From: a virus
Taxonomy: Duplodnaviria; Caudoviricetes
IMG/VR virus record: IMGVR_UViG_3300020045_002400
Coordinates: 1 to 33,231 of that record
Length of the DNA: 33,231 bases
Direction: 5' to 3' (one strand)
Shown here: positions 9,625 through 17,500 of the stretch, piece after piece
Layout of the letters: each line of letters opens with the position of its first letter
Numbering within the stretch: the stretch's first letter is position 1
Program-made: the position numbers and the translations under genes
Notes under the pieces: model-generated
What the model was told of the DNA's origin: nothing
Seen by the model: the letters and a program-made list of their open reading frames with translations, nothing else
The model's database searches: none

Positions 9625-9650
9625 GTCTACAATCCAACTACACAACACTC

Positions 9651-9896
9651 TTATATTACAGCATTTAATATATTATTAAATTCCTGTAAATTACTTATAT
9701 TACCTTTAAATCTAGTATCACTAATATCTTTATATACTATATGGAGATGATGAGGTCTTTTTACTCTATTAGTAATAACCCAATTAATTACCATACAAGT
9801 AGTAACATTATAAGCTGATATTATATGGTCTTGTTCTTTAGCTAGGATTTTAAATCCTTTATTCTTTAGGTAATCTGTTATTACTTTATAATTCAT
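9651..9896 (-). CDS. Hypothetical protein
   Basis: 81-aa co-oriented ORF. Confidence 0.7.
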   Translation of the reverse strand: MNYKVITDYLKNKGFKILAKEQDHIISAYNVTTCMVINWVITNRVKRPHHLHIVYKDISDTRFKGNISNLQEFNNILNAVI

Positions 9897-9922
9897 AATG
9901 TTAGTTATTAGGTTAATTTTAT

Positions 9923-10471
9923 TTAGTCAGTTATTTCTATTACCCAATTAATTAAAGCATTATAACATTGTTCTGTTATAGTATCTTTATATTTATTAGC
10001 TAATTGTTTTATATAATTTTCTTTAGTAACTTTATAAGCAGCAAAAGCCAATTCTATAGTTTTATATGTACCTATTGAAGTCTGTTTTCCTTCTATACTT
10101 ATTCTACTTCTAAAAGAATTTCCTCTTTTATATACACCTACAGGATATAAACCTCTACTTGTATTAGATAATGTAAATACTACATTTATATCATTTGGTA
10201 CAAAACAACAAGTTTCAGGACTATATACTTTATTACCTTTAACTAATATATCTTTATCTAAACAATAGTTTTCTTTATAATTATCGTAATACCATTTAGC
10301 AAATATTTGAAAATTATGCCATTCTTCTGATACTGTACATCCTATATAATAAGGTTTCTTTTTTTGAATAGTATCATTATAACAACGTGCTAGCATATTT
10401 CTCCACGTTTCATAACAAGGAGTATGAGCTTTATAATCACCATTCCCGTGTATTCCAATAAGTCTTGTCAT
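9923..10471 (-). CDS. HNH-type homing endonuclease-like protein with AP2-like C-terminal domain
   Basis: YETWRNMLARCY, GCTVSEEWHNFQIFAKW and LDKDILVKGNKVYSPETCCFVPNDIN, followed by AP2-like GVYKRGNSFRSRI...IGTYKTIELAFAAY. Confidence 0.85.
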   Translation of the reverse strand: MTRLIGIHGNGDYKAHTPCYETWRNMLARCYNDTIQKKKPYYIGCTVSEEWHNFQIFAKWYYDNYKENYCLDKDILVKGNKVYSPETCCFVPNDINVVFTLSNTSRGLYPVGVYKRGNSFRSRISIEGKQTSIGTYKTIELAFAAYKVTKENYIKQLANKYKDTITEQCYNALINWVIEITD

Positions 10472-10492
10472 ATTCTTTTAATTTTAATTAGC

Positions 10493-10863
10493 ACCATCTT
10501 ATTTATATTATTAAATAAAATGGTCATTATGCTGGTAACTCCTGCTATAATCATCAAGATACATTACAGTAATAGGAACAATGTCAAGGAAGTTCTATTA
10601 ATAATCGTCTTTAAGTTCACTCTCGAATACCATTTCAAGTGTTATAGCCCATCCCTTATGTATTCGGGTATGGTTTATTTTGTATAATATAGATAATTAA
10701 AGTAGCAAATCTATGCTGTTAAATTTATTGTCGACTAAGCATTGTCTTACTTTTAGACGAGGCTTCTTTTTATCTATTTACAAGGACATAGGTTTATCCT
10801 CCGGATCAAGTATTAGTATAAGCATTAGTAAATGGGAATAAACTAACGAGAATATTTAATACT
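10493..10863 (-). ncRNA. Tandem stem-loop array; candidate structured RNA(s)
   Basis: Successive stems at 10493-10524, 10570-10600, 10622-10668, 10680-10783 and 10809-10863 span the intergenic gap. Confidence 0.4.
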
Positions 10864-10865
10864 AT

Positions 10866-11054
10866 TTAAAGGTTAGCAAATTTGTAACCGTAACTATTAT
10901 AATTAATAGCGTTAAAATGTGTAATAACTTTAACATTAAGGCTCTCAAGGAACTTAAGAGTATTACGTGTTTTGTAATCATTAGATGTAACTAATACACC
11001 TTTAGAGACTCTAGGTCTTCTTTGTTTTGTTGTTGTAACTGTAGTTGTACTCAT
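10866..11054 (-). CDS. Small hypothetical protein
   Basis: 62-aa co-oriented ORF with ATG start and AT-rich leader. Confidence 0.65.
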   Translation of the reverse strand: MSTTTVTTTKQRRPRVSKGVLVTSNDYKTRNTLKFLESLNVKVITHFNAINYNSYGYKFANL

Positions 11055-11088
11055 AATATTAATTAGAGATTAAAATGTGAATATATAT

Positions 11089-11460
11089 TTATTCACAAAA
11101 GTTAGTTGTTATTAGATTTCTATTTGTTAGTTCAATGTACAAGTATTTAATAGCGTGTATTTGTATTATAACTGTAAGCTTTTCAAGAGAATATTTAGTT
11201 TTAGCTATTGCATACTTAGTATTACTATTTTTGTATTGATTATACATATTAAGAAATAACTTATAAGATTTATACTTTTTATTGTCTGTTACATATAATC
11301 TAATAAGGTAGTGTGATACTTCTATTTGAGTATCTAATTGGTCTTTCTTATATACTATTGTAGAATTGTCTTTATGTTCAATGATATAATCATTTTTCTT
11401 TATAACAAATTCAATAGTAGAAATAGACATACTAAAGTATTTTGGATTAGCACTATACAT
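11089..11460 (-). CDS. Hypothetical protein
   Basis: 123-aa co-oriented ORF. Confidence 0.65.
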   Translation of the reverse strand: MYSANPKYFSMSISTIEFVIKKNDYIIEHKDNSTIVYKKDQLDTQIEVSHYLIRLYVTDNKKYKSYKLFLNMYNQYKNSNTKYAIAKTKYSLEKLTVIIQIHAIKYLYIELTNRNLITTNFCE

Positions 11461-11487
11461 AATTATATGTGTATTAATTATAGTATA

Positions 11488-11625
11488 TTATACCCAATGA
11501 GTCTTCTTATATTCTTTATCTCGTACATTGATTTGTTCAATAGGACAAGATGGAATAGAAGGGTTAGACTTTGGGTATAATTTATACTTTAGTTTGGTTA
11601 GTAATTGAGTTAGTTTTGATATCAT
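11488..11625 (-). CDS. Small hypothetical protein (45 aa, not in ORF track)
   Basis: MISKLTQLLTKLKYKLYPKSNPSIPSCPIEQINVRDKEYKKTHWV*; starts 2 nt after the stop of 11628..11882 and fills the gap. Confidence 0.55.
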   Translation of the reverse strand: MISKLTQLLTKLKYKLYPKSNPSIPSCPIEQINVRDKEYKKTHWV

Positions 11626-11627
11626 AA

Positions 11628-11882
11628 TTATTTACTGTTATCTTTAATATCTTTGATGGTATAAATACCTTGATGACCATTATCCATTGGGATAACTTGT
11701 GTATCATCAGGTAATAGGTGTGCAATAGGATTAGTAAATCTAATACCATTACTTCTAAAAGCAATAGGTATAAGATATTCTTCTATATTATCTGGATTTG
11801 TTTCTGTATTACTAGAGTATTCCATATAATCATTATCTCTTATTAGAGATTTAGGGATTGATATTCCAAATGTTGTTGACAT
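11628..11882 (-). CDS. Hypothetical protein
   Basis: 84 aa, MSTTFGI...DNGHQGIYTIKD. Confidence 0.75.
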   Translation of the reverse strand: MSTTFGISIPKSLIRDNDYMEYSSNTETNPDNIEEYLIPIAFRSNGIRFTNPIAHLLPDDTQVIPMDNGHQGIYTIKDIKDNSK

Positions 11883-11904
11883 AATATATGTATTAAGGTT
11901 AGTA

Positions 11905-12171
11905 TTATTTTATAACATTATATGTTTTTAATTCTAATAATTCTGCTACTTTTTGTATAGCATCTTTAAAAGTATAAGCTGGGCTCTTTATTAATTCTTT
12001 ATAATTTAAACCTATACCTAATACTTTTTCATCTGTTGATACAATTAAAATATGTATTGTTTTATCTTCATTATATATTTCATCTATATAACCATTTGTT
12101 ATAGTATTAAGATTCTTTATAGATTCGGATGCTAATGTAGCTTTTAACCATTCTTTAGTAAAAGGGTTCAT
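11905..12171 (-). CDS. Hypothetical protein
   Basis: 88-aa co-oriented ORF. Confidence 0.7.
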   Translation of the reverse strand: MNPFTKEWLKATLASESIKNLNTITNGYIDEIYNEDKTIHILIVSTDEKVLGIGLNYKELIKSPAYTFKDAIQKVAELLELKTYNVIK

Positions 12172-12201
12172 AATATTTGTAGTTTTAATGGTTAATGTAT
12201 C

Positions 12202-12529
12202 AGTTATAAGATATGTAGGTTAAAGTTTAGATATTAATGATAATGTAGTATTAACTTTTCTTCTGTTAAATAACCTAATACATCAGCAGTAATAGGTGTA
12301 GTATAATCTAATTTACCGTCTTTATCTAATACTGCTAATTCCCATAAACCTTCTTCGTGTCCATAAGAGAAAGAATGTTGTACAATACTAGCTCCATAGC
12401 CATTATCGGCTTTAAAATGAATATTGTATTCCTCCATTAATAGGTCTTGAAGGTAAAGTTTTAAAATCTATTGTATTGTCAGTTGTGTTCATAATAATTT
12501 GTTTAAATTGGTTAGTTATAAGATATGTA
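12202..12529. repeat. 16-bp perfect direct repeat agttataagatatgta (12202-12217 and 12514-12529)
   Basis: Read directly; each copy lies 21-30 nt upstream of a minus-strand ATG. Confidence 0.8.
12220..12492 (-). pseudogene. Small phage protein (NGYGAS...GLWELAVL type) with two compensating frameshifts
   Basis: The ATG 12492 frame reads MNTTDNTIDFKTLPSRPINGGIQYSF*. The core lies in another frame (12234..12437) and the tail VNTTLSLISKL* returns to the first frame. Total span is 273 nt. Confidence 0.6.
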
Positions 12530-12565
12530 AGTTTAACTTAATATTATTACTATATCGGGTTGAGG

Positions 12566-12575
12566 TGCAAAGGTA
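12566..12575 (-). promoter_or_regulatory. Bacteroidota sigma-A -7 promoter element
   Basis: Minus-strand TACCTTTGCA matches TAnnTTTG, ~75 nt upstream of the first small leftward gene; no clear -33 TTTG. Confidence 0.55.
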
Positions 12576-12599
12576 GGGATTTTGTTGAGAATGTTAATG

Positions 12600-13100
12600 A
12601 AATGTGGGCTAAAGGTTGAAAAATAGGCGGTTGGTTGTACGATAATTTGATGGAAATAATGTTAATCCATTGTGAACGATGTATTTGGAAATAGGCTGGA
12701 TTTGATTGAGATTGTACCTATATATATATAGGTGTAATTAGTCAGCTAGTTGTTTGAGGATTTTGATTACTTGTTTTAATAGGTAAGTGAGTGTTATTAT
12801 GAGAGTTATAAGTATTAAGATAGAAATAATAGGATGGAATGTGAAAATAGATTGAATAAATGACATAAGTTAGACGGTTAAATGGTTGAGGATAAGGTTA
12901 TAAAGGTTAATATAAATTGGTATTGAAGATTATAGGTTGTAATTGATTGATTTAGAAGGGGTAAAGGGGTTTATGAGGGTATTAGTTGAGGTAATAGTGA
13001 AAAGGACTTGGGAGAGAAGGGGATTTAAGGGATAAGTGAAAAACGGGAATATGAGGTTAATTTAGAGGTGTTGAGGGATATGTGGATATTGGTGTATGTA
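12600..13100. other. C-depleted, G-rich non-coding tract
   Basis: Only 4 C in 12781-13080; no ORF in the track. Confidence 0.9.
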
Positions 13101-13143
13101 CATCTGTAGCTGTATAGCTGTGCCTCTTCTCGATTATTTCATA

Positions 13144-13575
13144 AATAATAACAATTATATAGGCTGAATAACATAAAGATTACCTTGCATTATACTATCA
13201 CTCCATAGCTTTACAAATTAAGGGGTAAACTGAGTTCTTGTTAGACTACTTAAAACCTATATAATTGTATTATTAATAACAGTCCAGAGTAATAGTAAAT
13301 TAACCTTAAAAAACTACCACTCTATCGGACTGTTACAACTACTATAAGCGCATTACTAGTCATACCTATGTTTACTAGCCGTTATGTGCCACTTATGCTA
13401 CGGATATTATGAGGTACTATACTTCACTCAAAGTCTATTATCTCTTATAGTAGTTTAATCATCATTACCAAACCTCTTTTAATCCAGTAATAACAATATA
13501 TTAATATCTTTTACCCTGCTACTACTAGCTCTCCTAGGTTATATACATTTACATCACTAGTAGTAAGGGCAAAGA
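13144..13575 (-). ncRNA. Array of four stem-closed units; candidate structured RNA(s)
   Basis: Stems 13144-13163/13256-13274, 13277-13296/13313-13335, 13337-13348/13444-13455 and 13507-13528/13557-13575; A-C mismatches become G-U on the minus strand. Confidence 0.55.
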
Positions 13576-13583
13576 GTGGATAG

Positions 13584-14144
13584 TTATTCACTATCTTTAC
13601 GTTCAAATTCAATTGGGTTATAAGTATCTCTTTCAGGTATTATATCAGCAGGAATTTTAAAAGCCTTTTTAGGTAATACAGGTTCAGTAGCAAGAGCAAT
13701 ATCTCTAGCCATATTATTATTATTCTCTTTAACTATATCAGCAGTATTTTTTAACGGTTTATTTTTATTCTTTAAATAATCATAAACGTGAACCTTCTTT
13801 ACCAATGTATTACTAGCTCTTTCTATCTTTTTAATTACTTCATTATATTCTTCTTCATCAATATGGTTAACTAATTGCATAATTTTACGTTTAGTACACC
13901 ATAGTTTATAGTGTTTATTAGCTTGAGTAAAAGAAACTATAGCAAAAGTAAAAGATATAATAGCAAGAGATAATAAAAGAATACATTGAAATAAGAAAGT
14001 AATACCAAAGTTATAGACTTCTGTAGTACCAAGTGGTTGGAAGTCTGTGGTTATGTTGTTGTATGATAATACAGCGTACTTTATTAGTAATACTGTGATG
14101 AATAAGGATAGTAATCCTATTAATGATAGTTTAATTGTTTTCAT
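13584..14144 (-). CDS. Membrane protein with two N-terminal TM segments and a basic soluble tail
   Basis: Hydrophobic runs LSLIGLLSLFITVLLIKYAVL and FGITFLFQCILLLSLAIISFTFAIVSF. Confidence 0.75.
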   Translation of the reverse strand: MKTIKLSLIGLLSLFITVLLIKYAVLSYNNITTDFQPLGTTEVYNFGITFLFQCILLLSLAIISFTFAIVSFTQANKHYKLWCTKRKIMQLVNHIDEEEYNEVIKKIERASNTLVKKVHVYDYLKNKNKPLKNTADIVKENNNNMARDIALATEPVLPKKAFKIPADIIPERDTYNPIEFERKDSE

Positions 14145-14212
14145 TTGTGTATGTATTTATGTTAGTTGAATGTAATGTGAGTTTGATTAGTAATCTGAGT
14201 TTAATTAGAGGT

Positions 14213-14261
14213 AAAAAATAGTTCCCGTATCCTGCCTCGAGAGCACCCATTACGGGCACTA
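14213..14261 (-). terminator. Possible intrinsic terminator with an alternative pairing
   Basis: Minus strand reads tagtgcccgta-(21 nt)-tacgggaacta-tttttt, downstream of 14312..14941. Confidence 0.5.
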
Positions 14262-14311
14262 CACGAGAGCAGTTTACGAGAGCTATTAATCAAGCAGGAC
14301 TAGCTACCTTA

Positions 14312-14941
14312 CTATTTAGCAGGTTTAGCAGGTTTAACTGATTTTTGAGTAGCATCTTCAGGAACCATATCAAATACTGTTTCAGCTGGTGTTTCAACAA
14401 CAGGAGCAACAATAGCTTGCGGTTCAACAGGAGCAGATGCAACAGCAGGAGCACCAATACCAAACAAACCTTGCATAATAATCAAAGGATTAGCACTAGC
14501 AAGGAAAGCTCTTTGAGCATTCTCCAAATCAGTCAATGGGAATGTTACAAAGCCTTCAATACGAGAACCTTTCTTTTCAGTGAAAAGTATTTGTCCTACT
14601 TTAGCCTCTCCACGTACTACAGCAGAACTAACTTCTGTAGCTACATATTCAGCACCAGCCTCGTAGAATTCAACATCGGCAAATCCAGATTTACCAATCA
14701 ATCCAATGATAGACTCACGGAATAGATTATGCATAATAGGATTAGCACTATCAACTCCATTATCATATAGACCAGAAGGTATATTAGATGCACGAGCTGA
14801 TTTGTGTAAGTCAAGCAATGCTTGTTTACAAGTTCTAGCAATTTGTTGTGTTGTTCCATTAACAACTACAGTTAGACCTACGAATGGCTCTGTTCCAGCT
14901 TTCGTAATAATGTCTGAGGCGATAACATTGAATGTTTTCAT
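14312..14941 (-). CDS. Hypothetical protein with Pro/Ala/Glu-rich C-terminal tail, probably highly expressed
   Basis: 209 aa, somewhat higher GC with biased codons; first credible gene of the left arm. Confidence 0.85.
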   Translation of the reverse strand: MKTFNVIASDIITKAGTEPFVGLTVVVNGTTQQIARTCKQALLDLHKSARASNIPSGLYDNGVDSANPIMHNLFRESIIGLIGKSGFADVEFYEAGAEYVATEVSSAVVRGEAKVGQILFTEKKGSRIEGFVTFPLTDLENAQRAFLASANPLIIMQGLFGIGAPAVASAPVEPQAIVAPVVETPAETVFDMVPEDATQKSVKPAKPAK

Positions 14942-15140
14942 AATTAAAATATTTAAGGGTTAAAGATTACAAGTGGTTAACACGTTCATAGGCAACTAAA
15001 CTAACACTATCATAAGTTTCTACAAACTTGAATTAATATGTGTCTTGAATACCAATTTTAGTTTCAAGTTTAATTGCCACGGAATGTGGACGGGGTATGT
15101 TAAATCCCCGAAATGATGTGGGGGTAATTCCACGGGTGGG

Positions 15141-15441
15141 TCTATATCCATATAACTCATATATAATTTTACCTCCAATACATCAATATATACTAATCTC
15201 TAAAATCCTATCCTTTTAATCCTTTTCTAAACTCTTACCAATTTCTTCTTCAATAACCTCTTACAACCCTATATAACCTCTCCCTATTTTCCCAAAATTT
15301 TTTATATCTACTAATACCCAAAAATTTATATTTAATTTTATATTTACCAACATCAAAAAATCTACCATATTTTATAATATTTTTTTTATTATACTTCTAT
15401 ATATAATAACCTTTCCATATCTATATCTATATCCTACTCTC
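15141..15441. other. 301-bp tract with no G on the plus strand
   Basis: Last G at 15140, next G at 15442. Confidence 0.95.
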
Positions 15442-15517
15442 GTAAAATTGGTAATAATACCTATAAGTTCATTAGTACTAACAAGTCTAGGATGGTATAT
15501 AGGAAGAGGGTCAAGAC

Positions 15518-15688
15518 TGCCCTTAGGAGAAGGTTTATACGTGTTAGTAAGATTTAACAAAATTTTAACATTTTAAATTAGGACTATATAGGTGGTATTG
15601 TTATATTTCAAATATATATATTTATATATAGTATTATATACTTAAATGTATATAAAACCTAAGACGATTAAACTCTTTCCTATGGGCA
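15518..15688. repeat. 24-bp motif pair 3 (- copy 15518-15541, + copy 15665-15688)
   Basis: cgtataaaccttctcctaagggca (-) and cgattaaactctttcctatgggca (+), located in the strand-switch region. Confidence 0.9.
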
Positions 15689-15866
15689 GGCTATTACTGC
15701 TCGAACGACATACAGAATTATACATACTTGTACACATGGAACTGAGGCTATTACTACAGGTAATCCTACTTATGCCTAGGTAGTTGCCCCTCGTCCGCCA
15801 CCTTCACACACAAATAATAATGAAACAAATATAACATTTACTAACATAATTTAAAACATAATAACG

Positions 15867-16388
15867 ATGGCAAACGGTATTATTCCTATCAAACTACAAT
15901 TATATAGAGATTTACTTACTACTTCTCTTAATTCTCTTACTAATGAAATGTATGCTAATAACATTAAAACAAGTTATAAGTATGATTTCACTGCTGTACC
16001 TAAAACAGCTTATCCTTCTATTGCTAATCCACATAAAGCTTTATACTTATTTAGAGTATTTGCAATAGATAAATCTAGAAATCCAATTGGAGAAACTCAC
16101 TACCTATACAACCAATACTACTCTAAAGATATTATTGAAGCTGTACATCTTATAGAAACTAAAGCTATTCAAGAATGGTTTGTTATGTCTTCTAAAGCTT
16201 TATATAATGTTATGCATGATATGTATATTGATGAAGCTAAAGCTAAACAAGATATTAAAGACTCTTTTGCTGCTGAAGGTGTAACAGAACAAAACCTTAA
16301 AGCTAAAGGTGATGCTGAATTTGATAATGTTATTAAGCAACAAGAAGCTAAGATAGTAAAAATGATGCCTAAGATTATTACTGAATAG
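15867..16388 (+). CDS. Hypothetical protein
   Basis: 173 aa, first gene of the rightward module. Confidence 0.8.
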   Translation: MANGIIPIKLQLYRDLLTTSLNSLTNEMYANNIKTSYKYDFTAVPKTAYPSIANPHKALYLFRVFAIDKSRNPIGETHYLYNQYYSKDIIEAVHLIETKAIQEWFVMSSKALYNVMHDMYIDEAKAKQDIKDSFAAEGVTEQNLKAKGDAEFDNVIKQQEAKIVKMMPKIITE

Positions 16389-16390
16389 CA

Positions 16391-16825
16391 ATGAATATTG
16401 ATAATACTTTAGCAAAGATAATAACAGAAACCCAAAAGGCTATTGCTAAAGAATATGGTATAGATTTAACATTTGAACAAGTACATGAAGTTATAGAAGT
16501 TCAATTAACTTCAACTGTATATGCTCTTACTAAGAATATACCTATTCATTGGCGTGGTTTCTTAAAGTTTATATGGACTAATAAAAGAGCTCGTAAAGCT
16601 GAATTTGACCCTGTCTTTAAAGCTATACAAGATAATGCTCATAATCTTACTGATAAGGAAATTGATTATTATACTTACTTAGCTGGTGTTGCGGCTAGTT
16701 CTGCTAAACAAGAATTAGAAAGATTAAGTCAACATTCTAAAGTTCTTAGTCCGGAAGAAGTAAAAGCTATTCCTACTAAGGTAGAAAAGTTTAGACAATT
16801 TACTTGTTTAATTAAACAAAAATAG
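16391..16825 (+). CDS. HU/IHF-like DNA-binding protein
   Basis: AIAKEYGIDLTFEQVHEVIEVQL...ALTKNIPIHWRGFLKFIWTNKRARK matches the HU/IHF helix and RGFxxF pattern. Confidence 0.65.
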   Translation: MNIDNTLAKIITETQKAIAKEYGIDLTFEQVHEVIEVQLTSTVYALTKNIPIHWRGFLKFIWTNKRARKAEFDPVFKAIQDNAHNLTDKEIDYYTYLAGVAASSAKQELERLSQHSKVLSPEEVKAIPTKVEKFRQFTCLIKQK

Positions 16826-16827
16826 TT

Positions 16828-17496
16828 ATGGTAAGACATTATGTAGGAGAAGAGGAAAATGAGATTGTAGTATTTAAGAAACAATGTCTTATTATACCTG
16901 AATTTAAAGAACTCTTCGATAGGGATAAAGGATGTAAAGCTGATCCTAATGGTAGAAAGCAACTTGTAGCTTGTGCTGAACTTAAATATATATATTATTA
17001 TAACGACCCACGTAGTGAGTATTATAATACCCCATTAAGTGCCTCTCAAGATACTGTACGTGATTTAAGTGGTGTACCTAAAAATTGGAAGACTGATAAA
17101 GTATTTGATAAAGCCGTTGAGAAGTATAAAGAACTACAAAGACTTAGTTCTGCTGGTAAAGCTTATTTTTCTGCTGATGCTGCATTATATGATTTAGGTG
17201 CTGACACTAGTGAATTATTAGAAATAGTCAGGGATTTAAAGACAGACCTTAGAGTCGCAGTACAGTTAACACAAAAGAAGACAAAGGAATATACACTTGA
17301 AGAATTAGAACTAGTAACTAAACTAATAAACAAATTAGACAATGTTACTAATACCCAAGATAAAATAATTAACATTATTAATAAATTACCAAAACTTATA
17401 ACTACTATTAAAAGTTTGAAAGAACAATATGCTCAAGAAGATAATGAAGGAGAGATGTTAATAGGGGGAAGAGAAAAAGGTAATAGAGAAGATTAA
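16828..17496 (+). CDS. crAss-like conserved protein upstream of terminase (possible small terminase)
   Basis: 222 aa, helical/coiled-coil, with ELKYIYYYNDPRSEY; function inferred from position only. Confidence 0.55.
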   Translation: MVRHYVGEEENEIVVFKKQCLIIPEFKELFDRDKGCKADPNGRKQLVACAELKYIYYYNDPRSEYYNTPLSASQDTVRDLSGVPKNWKTDKVFDKAVEKYKELQRLSSAGKAYFSADAALYDLGADTSELLEIVRDLKTDLRVAVQLTQKKTKEYTLEELELVTKLINKLDNVTNTQDKIINIINKLPKLITTIKSLKEQYAQEDNEGEMLIGGREKGNRED

Positions 17497-17500
17497 TATT

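Noticed and set aside
13337-13455. tRNA gene
   Set aside because: Cloverleaf-like, but no T-loop GTTCRA, D-loop GG or correct arm lengths on either strand; no tRNA was recognised anywhere in the window.
13548-13571. gtaagggca as a motif copy
   Set aside because: No CG or pyrimidine tract; it is part of a hairpin arm.
14235-14258. ttacgggca as a tenth motif copy
   Set aside because: It lacks CTA and the W/Y tracts and has CG at the wrong distance; it is explained by the local terminator stem.
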